A stretch of 32,000 bases of DNA from Aquifex aeolicus VF5 (GTDB lineage: Bacteria > Aquificota > Aquificia > Aquificales > Aquificaceae). Shown piece after piece: positions 8,115 through 16,553 of the stretch. Under the pieces are notes generated by a model. That model saw only the letters and a program-made list of their open reading frames with translations, made no database searches and was not told the origin of the DNA. Both the position numbers and the translations under genes were made by a program. The stretch's first letter is position 1. Each line of letters opens with the position of its first letter. The DNA lies in assembly GCF_000008625.1 (NCBI RefSeq), contig NC_000918.1:270001-302000 (forward strand). The letters are read 5' to 3'.

Positions 8115-9226
8115 CCCTGAGCCATTTTAACGAATTCTTTAAATAAGTAGTAAGAGTCATGAGGGCCGGGAGAGTTTTCGGGGTGGTACTGAACGGCGAA
8201 TATGGGAAGGTGCTTGTGTTTTATTCCTTCAACAGTGTTGTCCAGGAGATTTAAGTGGGTAACTTCAACATCTTCCGGCAAGCTTTCAGGGTCAATTGCA
8301 AAATTGTGATTCTGAGCGGTTATCTCTATCTTTCCCGTTCTTAGGTCTTTTACAGGATGATTTCCTCCGTGATGCCCGAACTTGAGTTTATAGGTTTTCC
8401 CGCCGAGGGCAAGACCGATAATTTGACAACCCAAGCATATCCCCATTATGGGTTTCTTTTCCATGTACTCGCGAGTGAGTCTTATTCCTGATATAACTCT
8501 TTCTGGATCCCCAGGACCGTTTGATAGAAATATAGCGTCTGGATTTATCTTCTCAATGGCTTCTTTTGCATTTTCGGGAGGAACTACGACAACCTTTGCC
8601 CCTTCACTAACGAGTCTCCTTAAAATGTTAAACTTTACACCAAAGTCTATTACCGCTACGAGAGGTTTTTCATTTTCTCTGTATAGGAATCCTCTCCTCG
8701 GGTCATAATCTCCCTGATTCCAGTAGTAAATATCTTTAGCGGAAACTTCTTCCACGAGGTTCTGTTCAGAAATGTCAGGCAGTTCTCTTGCCTTCTGAAC
8801 GAGCTTTTTTGGGTCTTTTTCCACCGTTGAGATAACACCTTTCATACTCCCCTTTTCCCTTATCTTTTTAACAAGTGCCCTCGTGTCTATCCCGTATATT
8901 CCGACTACGTTGTTTTCCTTCAGGTATTCGTCTAAGCTCTTTTTTGCCCTCCAGTTTGAGTACCTGAAGAAGGCTTCCTTTACTACAAATCCGTTCACCT
9001 GAACGCTTTTGCTCTCAATATCTTCATCGTTCACGCCGTAGTTTCCTATCTGAGTGTAGGTCATTACGACTATCTGTCCCTTGTAGGAAGGGTCTGTGAG
9101 GATTTCCTGATATCCCGTCATGGATGTGTTGAATACGAGTTCTCCGCCTGTTTCTCCTTCAGCCCCAAAGGAATAACCGACAAAGTAAGAACCGTCCTCA
9201 AGCGCCAAAATGGCAGTTTTCCGCAT
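8111..9226 (-). CDS. carA: Carbamoyl-phosphate synthase small (glutaminase) subunit
   Basis: GICLGCQ catalytic Cys, HGGNHPV, and the QYHPE triad region. 371 aa. It overlaps pyrB by 4 nt. Confidence 0.95.
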   Translation of the reverse strand: MRKTAILALEDGSYFVGYSFGAEGETGGELVFNTSMTGYQEILTDPSYKGQIVVMTYTQIGNYGVNDEDIESKSVQVNGFVVKEAFFRYSNWRAKKSLDEYLKENNVVGIYGIDTRALVKKIREKGSMKGVISTVEKDPKKLVQKARELPDISEQNLVEEVSAKDIYYWNQGDYDPRRGFLYRENEKPLVAVIDFGVKFNILRRLVSEGAKVVVVPPENAKEAIEKINPDAIFLSNGPGDPERVISGIRLTREYMEKKPIMGICLGCQIIGLALGGKTYKLKFGHHGGNHPVKDLRTGKIEITAQNHNFAIDPESLPEDVEVTHLNLLDNTVEGIKHKHLPIFAVQYHPENSPGPHDSYYLFKEFVKMAQG

Positions 9227-9263
9227 ATTAGAGTTTTTATTTTAATTTCTTTTTACAATCTGC

Positions 9264-9555
9264 GTTTTAACTCCACACGGTACATTAGAAACCATCTGCA
9301 ACATATTCAAGTTCAGCTTCAAAACCTTGTTTTAACTCCACACGGTACATTAGAAACTTCGTCAAGCTTTACCTCAAAAGTCCTCTCAAACCTGTTTTAA
9401 CTCCACACGGTACATTAGAAACAATAATCAACAACTCTTTGATTTTGTGAAATGGAAGAAGTTTTAACTCCACACGGTACATTAGAAACAGAACTCTCAG
9501 AAGAACCGAGAGCTTTTTCTATTAACGTTTTAACTCCACACGGTACATTAGAAAC
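9264..9555 (+). CRISPR. CRISPR mini-array: 5 identical 29-nt repeats and 4 spacers
   Basis: The repeat GTTTTAACTCCACACGGTACATTAGAAAC occurs at 9264, 9329, 9394, 9461 and 9527. Spacers are 36, 36, 38 and 37 nt and all differ. The strand call rests on the GAAAC 3' end and is tentative. Confidence 0.9.
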
Positions 9556-9827
9556 CCTGCGTGCCTGTGTCTAAAAAATAACGTTTTATCAGCAACTTAT
9601 TAAACTTCTAACCTTCACGAAATGAATGTTAATTTCCGCTAACCTGAAGTTCTGCAAACTTGAGTATACCTTTATAAAATTTCCATCCTTGATTTTCAAT
9701 CCCTTTAACCCTATTGCATCATGATTTCATTTCATCACATCATCAAAGCATCACTCACTAAGACCTATCCACCCTTATTCAATTGCCAAGGAGCCCGAAA
9801 GCCCTCAGCAGGGCCTTATTTAAACAT

Positions 9828-9833
9828 TATAAT
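9828..9833 (+). promoter_or_regulatory. Candidate -10 box (TATAAT) 12 nt upstream of the nucleotidyltransferase ATG
   Basis: A perfect TATAAT hexamer. There is no Shine-Dalgarno sequence between it and ATG 9846. The -35 region (TCAGCA) is weak. Confidence 0.3.
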
Positions 9834-9845
9834 CATAAAACATAT

Positions 9846-12320
9846 ATGGTCTGTCCAAAAGTTGTTATTCTTTCCGAAGGTGCGGATCTCGACAGCCTTT
9901 CCGCAGCTTACGGAGTCCTGAAACTTTACCCTGACGCATACTTGCTAAAGCCCAAGCACTTGTCCAAAAAAGCGGGGGAAGTTTTTAAGAAGTACAGGGA
10001 TAAGTTCAGAGTAATAGAAGACCTGCCAGACTGCTTTGAACTCGTGCTCGTGGATACACACTTTCTTCCGGAAGGTTTACCAAGAGAAAGGATTAAAAGA
10101 ATTATCGTTTACGACCACCATCCAATAGGGGACGTGAAGGAATTTGAGGGGAAAATTGAAAAGGTTGGGGCGGCGACCACGCTCGTGGTGGAGGAAATTA
10201 AGGAGAAAGGTATAGATATAAATCCACGAGACGCTACACTTCTCGCCTTCGGGATATACGAAGATACGGGAAATTTTACCTACGAAGGGACTACACCAAG
10301 GGACGCTTTGGCTTTAGCATTCTTGCTTGAAAAGGGAGCAAACCTCAGGGAAATAAGGGAAGTCGTTATGGAAACCTATACGCCCGAGCAGATAGAGGCG
10401 GTAGGGAAAATCGTCCAGTCTATAGAAAAGGTGTTCATAAACGGTAGGCAAATAAGTTTTGCAACTGCCGTTCTGGAGAGGTATCAGCCGGATATAAACA
10501 CGCTCCTTTACGAAATAAAAGACCTTAAAGAGTCTGATGCCTTCTTTGTGATAATAGAAGCGGAAGGAAAGACTTACGTCTTCGGTCGTTCCCAGAGCGA
10601 AGATGTAGATGTAGGGGAAATACTTTCACACTTCGGCGGTGGTGGGCACAGGGAGGCTGGAGCGGTAAAGCTCGAAAACGTATCAGCAGAACGGATAAAA
10701 GAGTTAATAAAAGCCTTTTTAAAGAGAAAGTATGTCAAACTTAAGGTAAGAGACATTATGAACACACCGCCCTTCGTTTTAGAAGAACACGTAAGCGTAA
10801 AAGACGCACTCACAGAACTCAGTGAAAGGGGGATAGCGAACGCACCCGTGATAAACAGGGAGGGAAAACTGGTAGGGATAATCTCAAAGAAGGCGTTGCT
10901 CAAACTTGTGAAACTCTATCCCGATGAACCCATAGAGCTCTTCGTCAACAGAGATTTTTACACCCTTTCACCTGACGCACCTGTATGGGAAGCGGAGGAA
11001 ATCCTCACAAAGTTTGGACAGAAATTAATCCCCGTAGTGGAAGACGGAACGGTTGTAGGAGTAGTTACGAGGCTAGACATACTCCAGGCGGTAAAGGAGG
11101 ATTTAGAAAAGTTAAAGGAAAAGAGGAGAAAGATAAAAGTTCCCGAAAACATAGAAGAAATAGCGAGGGAAGTGGGACAGATAGCAAAGGAAATGGGCCT
11201 CAGGGCTTACATAGTGGGAGGAGTTGTGAGGGATATTTTACTCGGTAAAGAGGTTTGGGACGTTGACTTCGTAGTTGAGGGGAATGCCATAGAACTTGCA
11301 AAGGAACTCGCGAGGAGGCACGGCGTTAACGTCCACCCATTCCCCGAATTCGGCACAGCTCACCTGAAAATCGGAAAACTGAAACTTGAATTTGCAACAG
11401 CACGGAGGGAAACTTACCCAAGACCCGGAGCCTATCCGAAAGTGGAACCAGCCAGCTTGAAAGAGGACTTAATAAGGAGGGACTTCACGATAAATGCCAT
11501 GGCAATATCCGTAAATCTCGAGGACTACGGAACACTCATAGATTACTTCGGAGGATTAAGAGATCTAAAAGACAAAGTAATAAGGGTTCTTCACCCTGTA
11601 AGTTTTATAGAGGACCCTGTAAGGATTTTACGTGCCCTAAGATTTGCGGGAAGACTCAATTTTAAACTCTCAAGAAGCACGGAAAAATTGTTAAAACAGG
11701 CTGTGAACCTCGGACTCCTAAAGGAAGCACCCAGGGGAAGGCTCATAAACGAGATAAAACTCGCCCTCAGGGAAGACAGGTTTTTAGAAATTTTAGAACT
11801 CTACAGGAAGTACAGAGTATTAGAGGAGATAATTGAAGGTTTCCAGTGGAACGAAAAGGTTCTCCAGAAACTCTACGCCCTCAGGAAAGTGGTGGACTGG
11901 CACGCTTTGGAGTTCTCCGAAGAGAGAATAGATTACGGCTGGCTATACCTCCTTATACTCATATCTAATTTAGATTACGAAAGGGGAAAACACTTTCTTG
12001 AGGAGATGTCCGCTCCCTCCTGGGTTCGGGAGACCTACAAGTTTATGAAGTTCAAACTTGGTTCACTTAAAGAAGAACTCAAAAAAGCGAAGGAGAATTA
12101 CGAAGTTTACAGACTCCTCAAACCTCTTCACACTTCCGTTCTATTACTCCTAATGCTCGAGGAGGAATTAAAAGAAAAGATAAAACTCTACCTCGAAAAA
12201 CTCAGGAAGGTAAAACTTCCCAAGGAAAAGATTGAGGAACTGAAAAAGCAAGGTCTTAAAGGAAAGGAACTCGGAGAGAGGATTGAAGAACTGAAAAGGG
12301 AAATTATGAATAAAATTTAG
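9846..12320 (+). CDS. Class II tRNA nucleotidyltransferase with an N-terminal DHH/DHHA1 phosphoesterase and a CBS pair (recognised as the long A-adding enzyme type of Aquifex)
   Basis: N-terminal DHH motifs (LVLVDTH, VYDHHP) and DHHA1 GGGGHREAG. Two CBS repeats lie at about nt 10750..11100. NTase motifs are GGVVRDILLG..DVDF, RRDFTINAM and EDPVRILRALRF. ATG 9846 gives 824 aa. The track start at 9783 is a TTG without an RBS. Confidence 0.85.
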   Translation: MVCPKVVILSEGADLDSLSAAYGVLKLYPDAYLLKPKHLSKKAGEVFKKYRDKFRVIEDLPDCFELVLVDTHFLPEGLPRERIKRIIVYDHHPIGDVKEFEGKIEKVGAATTLVVEEIKEKGIDINPRDATLLAFGIYEDTGNFTYEGTTPRDALALAFLLEKGANLREIREVVMETYTPEQIEAVGKIVQSIEKVFINGRQISFATAVLERYQPDINTLLYEIKDLKESDAFFVIIEAEGKTYVFGRSQSEDVDVGEILSHFGGGGHREAGAVKLENVSAERIKELIKAFLKRKYVKLKVRDIMNTPPFVLEEHVSVKDALTELSERGIANAPVINREGKLVGIISKKALLKLVKLYPDEPIELFVNRDFYTLSPDAPVWEAEEILTKFGQKLIPVVEDGTVVGVVTRLDILQAVKEDLEKLKEKRRKIKVPENIEEIAREVGQIAKEMGLRAYIVGGVVRDILLGKEVWDVDFVVEGNAIELAKELARRHGVNVHPFPEFGTAHLKIGKLKLEFATARRETYPRPGAYPKVEPASLKEDLIRRDFTINAMAISVNLEDYGTLIDYFGGLRDLKDKVIRVLHPVSFIEDPVRILRALRFAGRLNFKLSRSTEKLLKQAVNLGLLKEAPRGRLINEIKLALREDRFLEILELYRKYRVLEEIIEGFQWNEKVLQKLYALRKVVDWHALEFSEERIDYGWLYLLILISNLDYERGKHFLEEMSAPSWVRETYKFMKFKLGSLKEELKKAKENYEVYRLLKPLHTSVLLLLMLEEELKEKIKLYLEKLRKVKLPKEKIEELKKQGLKGKELGERIEELKREIMNKI

Positions 12321-12322
12321 TT

Positions 12323-13039
12323 GTGCTTGAAGTCAGGGAAGTAGAAAAGAGCTTTAAGAAGAAAAAGGTTTTAAAGGGGGGTTCCCTTTCCGTTAATAAA
12401 GGTGAAATAGTTGGTCTTCTAGGACCAAACGGCGCGGGAAAGACTACACTCTTTAACTCCATAATTGGTTTCATAAGCGTGGATAAGGGAAAAGTTCTCC
12501 TTGACGGTGAAGACGTGACTCATCTTCCCCCCTTCAAGCGTGCACAAAAGGGACTTGCCTTTTTGCCTCAGGAACACACACTCTTTGAGGATTTGACGGT
12601 TCTGGAAAACCTGTTAATATTTCTTGAATTCTTTACGGATAGCAAAGAAGAGGCGATCACGAAGGCGGAAGCCCTTCTTGAGGACTTCGGACTCCTTGAG
12701 CTTAAAGATCAAAAGGCTTACGCCCTCTCAGGAGGACAGAAGAGGAGGCTCGAGATAGCGAGATCCCTTATAACTACGCCCAAGTACGTGCTCCTCGACG
12801 AGCCCTTTGCGGGACTTGACCCCATAATAGTTTCCGAAATAAGGGAAATAGTGAAAAACTTGAAGAATAACGGAATAGGTGTTCTTATAACTGATCACAA
12901 CGTCAGGGAAACCATAAAGATGGTGGACAGGGTGTATATAATTTCTGAAGGGAAGGTTCTGGCTCACGGGAAACCCGAAGAGGTTGTGAACAACGAAGCT
13001 GTAAGGAAGACATACCTGGGGGTGGATTTCAAATTATGA
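12323..13039 (+). CDS. lptB: LPS export ABC transporter ATP-binding protein
   Basis: Walker A GPNGAGKTT, signature LSGGQKRRLEIARSL, and the LptB-typical GVLITDHNVRET and C-terminal YLGVDFKL. GTG start. Confidence 0.85.
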   Translation: MLEVREVEKSFKKKKVLKGGSLSVNKGEIVGLLGPNGAGKTTLFNSIIGFISVDKGKVLLDGEDVTHLPPFKRAQKGLAFLPQEHTLFEDLTVLENLLIFLEFFTDSKEEAITKAEALLEDFGLLELKDQKAYALSGGQKRRLEIARSLITTPKYVLLDEPFAGLDPIIVSEIREIVKNLKNNGIGVLITDHNVRETIKMVDRVYIISEGKVLAHGKPEEVVNNEAVRKTYLGVDFKL

Positions 13040-14355
13040 GCGTGGTGATAATAGGTGTCGGGCGTTACGCAAGGGAAGTTCTGGAGATAGTAACCGCTAT
13101 AACAGAAGTCTACGTTATAGAAAAGCCCGGAGAACACATACAGAAGTTTGTGGAAGAAGCTAAAGGGCTGGAGAAAGTGAAGTTCGTTTTTGAAAGTGCC
13201 ACGGACGTGGAAACTTGGAGGGAGAAGGTAAACCTCTCCGAGGTAGAAGCGGTAATATCCTTCCTTAAGTTAGAAAGCACGCTGGAGGTGGCAAAGCTCC
13301 TTAGGGAATTTTTCAATTACGAGGGAGAGATAATTTACGTTGCGAACGAAAGACCAGAAAACGAAGAACTCCAGAAGCTCAAAGTGGACACGGTTTCCAT
13401 TCCAAACGTACTCAGGGTAATCTTCAAAAACCTCCTGATCGGCAAAGGAATAATAAGGTATCCCGTGGGTATAGGTCTAGAAAAGGGTGAGATAGTGGAA
13501 ATTACACTTACGGAGTACTCACCTCTCGTTTACAAAAGACTCAGGGATATTAAGATAAGGAAGGCAAGGGTAGCCCTCGTGTATAGGAACGGAAAGCTTT
13601 TACTTCCAAGGAGTAACTTAAGGCTCCAGAGCGGAGACAGGCTTCTGGTAGTCGGAGAACCTTCCTCTGTAAACGTATTTATACACACTGCAACGGAAGG
13701 AATTTCGGACTTTCCCCTGAACTGGGGAAGTGCAGGCGTTTACTGTTCGGGAAACGAGAAAGAATTCAATTACCTGAAAGAGAAAGTTAAAGTAAGGGAA
13801 TGGTTAGAGGATTGTGAAAAAATACAGGAGATTGAGAACTTGGGGCTTATAGTTCTTGAAAAGAAGGAAAGCGGTTTTCTTAAAAAGGGAAGCGTTGACA
13901 GGGCTTTTGAAGAGTTTTCTGTTCCTTCCTTTCACCTGAAGGGTACTTACCCTTACGAGAAGGTTCTCGCTTCCGCGAACACAGATGCGAGGGAAGTCTT
14001 GCTCTCCACTGCGGTTGATATAGCTGTTCAGTTCGGTTCAAAGCTGTTCATACTCTACGTAAAGCCCTTTGAAAAGATGATTTCCGAAAAGGAAAAGGAG
14101 GTAATAGAAGGGCTAAAGAGCTTCGCAGAAAGGGTTAGAAAGATAACGAAGATAAACCTGGAACTCGTGATAAGGGAAGGAAATCCCGTAAGGGAAACCT
14201 TAAAGTTCATGGATGAAGAAAGCTTTAATCTCCTCCTAATAGGATACAAGGTGGGAAGAACTACGAAATTATTCTCACCTTACTCACCTCACCTCATAGC
14301 GAGAAAGAGTAAACTCAGTACTCTCCTTGTGCCGGAGGTTGTCCTTGAGCAGTGA
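13036..14355 (+). CDS. RCK (TrkA-N plus TrkA-C) regulatory protein fused to a universal stress protein (USP) domain
   Basis: N-terminal VVIIGVGRYA Rossmann motif. A central RCK-C-like segment (LRLQSGDRLLVVGEP). A C-terminal USP-like segment (KLFILYVKP ... LLLIGYKVGR ... LLV). The start overlaps lptB (ATGA). Confidence 0.65.
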   Translation: MSVVIIGVGRYAREVLEIVTAITEVYVIEKPGEHIQKFVEEAKGLEKVKFVFESATDVETWREKVNLSEVEAVISFLKLESTLEVAKLLREFFNYEGEIIYVANERPENEELQKLKVDTVSIPNVLRVIFKNLLIGKGIIRYPVGIGLEKGEIVEITLTEYSPLVYKRLRDIKIRKARVALVYRNGKLLLPRSNLRLQSGDRLLVVGEPSSVNVFIHTATEGISDFPLNWGSAGVYCSGNEKEFNYLKEKVKVREWLEDCEKIQEIENLGLIVLEKKESGFLKKGSVDRAFEEFSVPSFHLKGTYPYEKVLASANTDAREVLLSTAVDIAVQFGSKLFILYVKPFEKMISEKEKEVIEGLKSFAERVRKITKINLELVIREGNPVRETLKFMDEESFNLLLIGYKVGRTTKLFSPYSPHLIARKSKLSTLLVPEVVLEQ

Positions 14356-15490
14356 ACTCTTCCTCATAATCGTATTCCTTTCCGCCTTCCTTGCACCACT
14401 TTTTTCAAGAATCCTTAGAATGCCCGTACCCGTAGGTGAACTCATTTTCGGTATCTTAATCGGAAATTTCTTCGTAGGCATTCAGGTTCCCGAAATACTG
14501 AACTTCCTGTCAGACTTTGGTTTCCTCCTCCTTATGTTTCTCGCGGGACTAGAGCTCGATTTCAACCTAATAGAAAAGGCGGACAAGAAACAGAACGCCG
14601 TTTACATCTCGTACGTCCTCCTCATATTCTTGAGTGCTTTTGTCTTTGGAATTTTGCTGGGAATAGGAACAGCTCCCGCTATAATTCTTTCCCTAATTTC
14701 CCTCGGTCTTATGGTTGCAACCCTGAAGGACATGAGCGTTCTGGAAGAGCCCTTCGCAAAGAAAGTTTTACTGATAGGTGTCTTCGGGGAAATTATCAGT
14801 CTCCTTGCTTTGACCTTAATGGAAAAGCTCCTACACTTCCACGGTTTTGTAAGCTTAATAAAGGAACTCGGAGTAATTTTTGTCTTTTTCTTCAGTTTCT
14901 TTTTAGGATTTTACTTAACTAGACTCCTCGTCTGGTGGTATCCCGAGATAGTGAACAGACTCACCTACGAAGAGGATCCGAGCGCTTTAGGGATAAGGCT
15001 CAGTTTATTTTTGATGTTTACTTCCTCAATCTTTGCAAAGCTTGCGGGAATAGAGAGCGTTCTGGGAGCCTTCATGGCGGGAGTGGTGTTTTCCTACTTC
15101 ATAAGGGAGAAAAAGGATCTTGAAGAAAAGCTCAGTTCAATAGGTTACGGGTTTTTAATTCCCATCTTTTTCATAAAGACCGGAATGGGAATGGAAGTTG
15201 CAGGTTTAAACCTCGCTATCCTCTTTAAGGTGTTCATATTTCTCGCCTTTATGCTCTTTGTAAGGTTAATTCCCTCCTTCGTCCTTCTCCTCGCCGGATT
15301 TTCCCTGAAAGACTCTTTTACGGCGGGTCTTCTCTTGTCTTACCCTTTCACTCTTATGGTTGCGGGAATAGAGATAGCGAGGAGGGGCGGAGCTCTGGAC
15401 GAGGAAACAGCCCTAGCACTCTTTTTAACCGCAGCTTTCTCTTCTCTGGTATTCCCGTGGAGTGCAAAAATAATTCTTTCTAGAAGATGA
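14327..15490 (+). CDS. Cation:proton antiporter, CPA2 (Kef/NapA-like) family
   Basis: 387 aa with about 11 TM segments. The N-terminal LRMPVPVGELIFGILIG and LLLMFLAGLELD are typical of the Na_H_exchanger family. Confidence 0.8.
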   Translation: MCRRLSLSSELFLIIVFLSAFLAPLFSRILRMPVPVGELIFGILIGNFFVGIQVPEILNFLSDFGFLLLMFLAGLELDFNLIEKADKKQNAVYISYVLLIFLSAFVFGILLGIGTAPAIILSLISLGLMVATLKDMSVLEEPFAKKVLLIGVFGEIISLLALTLMEKLLHFHGFVSLIKELGVIFVFFFSFFLGFYLTRLLVWWYPEIVNRLTYEEDPSALGIRLSLFLMFTSSIFAKLAGIESVLGAFMAGVVFSYFIREKKDLEEKLSSIGYGFLIPIFFIKTGMGMEVAGLNLAILFKVFIFLAFMLFVRLIPSFVLLLAGFSLKDSFTAGLLLSYPFTLMVAGIEIARRGGALDEETALALFLTAAFSSLVFPWSAKIILSRR

Positions 15491-15506
15491 ACTATATTCT
15501 GTAATT

Positions 15507-16553
15507 ATGGAATTTGTAACGAATTACACGCTAGAAGAGCTTAAAAAACGCTTCACCGAACTGGGACTCGAACCTTACAGGGCAAAGCAGGTATTCAGGT
15601 GGGTATACAAGAAATTCGTAACGGACTTTGAAAAAATGACGGATTTAGGGAAAAAACACAGGGAGCTTCTAAAGGAGCATTTTGCCTTCCACCCCTTGGA
15701 AAAGCTTGACAGGGTGGAGGCTCCCGACGCTGTAAAGTACCTATTCAAAACAAAAGACGGACACATACTTGAGACGGTTTTGATAAAGGAGAGGGATCAC
15801 TACACCCTTTGCGTTTCCTCTCAAATCGGTTGTGCGGTTGGATGTACCTTCTGTGCCACGGCTCTTGACGGCTTGAAGAGAAACTTGAGCACCGCGGAAA
15901 TTATAGATCAGTACCTTCAAGTTCAGCAGGATCTGGGAGAGGAAAAAATAAGGAACGTGGTTTTCATGGGAATGGGAGAGCCCCTCGCTAATTACGAGAA
16001 CGTGAGAAAGGCTGTGGAGATTATGGTCTCTCCCGAGGGACTCGACCTTTCAAAGAGGAGGATTACCATATCCACGAGCGGTATAGTGGCTCAAATAAAG
16101 AGAATGGCTCAAGATCCCGTAATGAAGGAAGTTAACCTCGCCGTTTCCCTGAACGCGGTAAGCCAGAAAAAGAGGGAAGAGCTCATGCCCCTTACAAAAA
16201 CGAACACCTTAGAAGAACTGATGGAAGTTCTCAAAAACTACCCCCTTCCCAAGTACAGGAGGATTACCCTTGAGTACGTACTCATAAAGGGAGTAAACGA
16301 CTCTCCTAATGACGCGGAAAGGCTTGCAAAATTAATAGGAAGGCACAAAAAGAAGTTTAAAGTGAACTTAATTCCCTTTAACCCGGATCCTAACCTTCCC
16401 TACGAGAGACCCGCCCTCACCGACATCATGAAGTTCCAGAAGGTTTTATGGAAATATGGTATCTCTAACTTCGTTAGGTTCAGCAAAGGCGTAGAGGTGT
16501 TCGGAGCCTGCGGTCAACTTAGAACTCAAAGGCTACAGCTCCAGAGAGTATGA
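15507..16553 (+). CDS. rlmN: 23S rRNA/tRNA adenine-C2 methyltransferase, radical SAM
   Basis: SSQIGCAVGCTFCAT radical SAM motif, GMGEPLAN, and C-terminal GACGQL. Confidence 0.9.
   Translation: MEFVTNYTLEELKKRFTELGLEPYRAKQVFRWVYKKFVTDFEKMTDLGKKHRELLKEHFAFHPLEKLDRVEAPDAVKYLFKTKDGHILETVLIKERDHYTLCVSSQIGCAVGCTFCATALDGLKRNLSTAEIIDQYLQVQQDLGEEKIRNVVFMGMGEPLANYENVRKAVEIMVSPEGLDLSKRRITISTSGIVAQIKRMAQDPVMKEVNLAVSLNAVSQKKREELMPLTKTNTLEELMEVLKNYPLPKYRRITLEYVLIKGVNDSPNDAERLAKLIGRHKKKFKVNLIPFNPDPNLPYERPALTDIMKFQKVLWKYGISNFVRFSKGVEVFGACGQLRTQRLQLQRV

Noticed and set aside
9583-9611. Possible sixth, degenerate CRISPR repeat (GTTTTATCAGCAACTTATTAAACTTCTAA)
   Set aside because: Only about 12 of 29 positions match the repeat, mostly the GTTTTA start, and the implied spacer would be 27 nt. 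I mention it only as a weak polarity hint and do not count it in the array.
9801-9814. Small hairpin GCCCT-CAGC-AGGGC that could terminate CRISPR read-through
   Set aside because: The stem is only 5 bp and there is no following T-run. That is too weak to call a terminator.
9721-9921. 66-aa ORF, and the TTG 9783 extension, upstream of and overlapping the nucleotidyltransferase start
   Set aside because: There is no RBS and the peptide is odd and hydrophobic. It overlaps the better-supported ATG 9846 frame, which yields the expected 824-aa product.
10985-11248. 87-aa alternative-frame ORF inside the nucleotidyltransferase gene (G/R/K-rich)
   Set aside because: It is an out-of-frame product of a purine-rich coding region. 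It has no start signals, and the main frame has clear CBS and NTase motifs.
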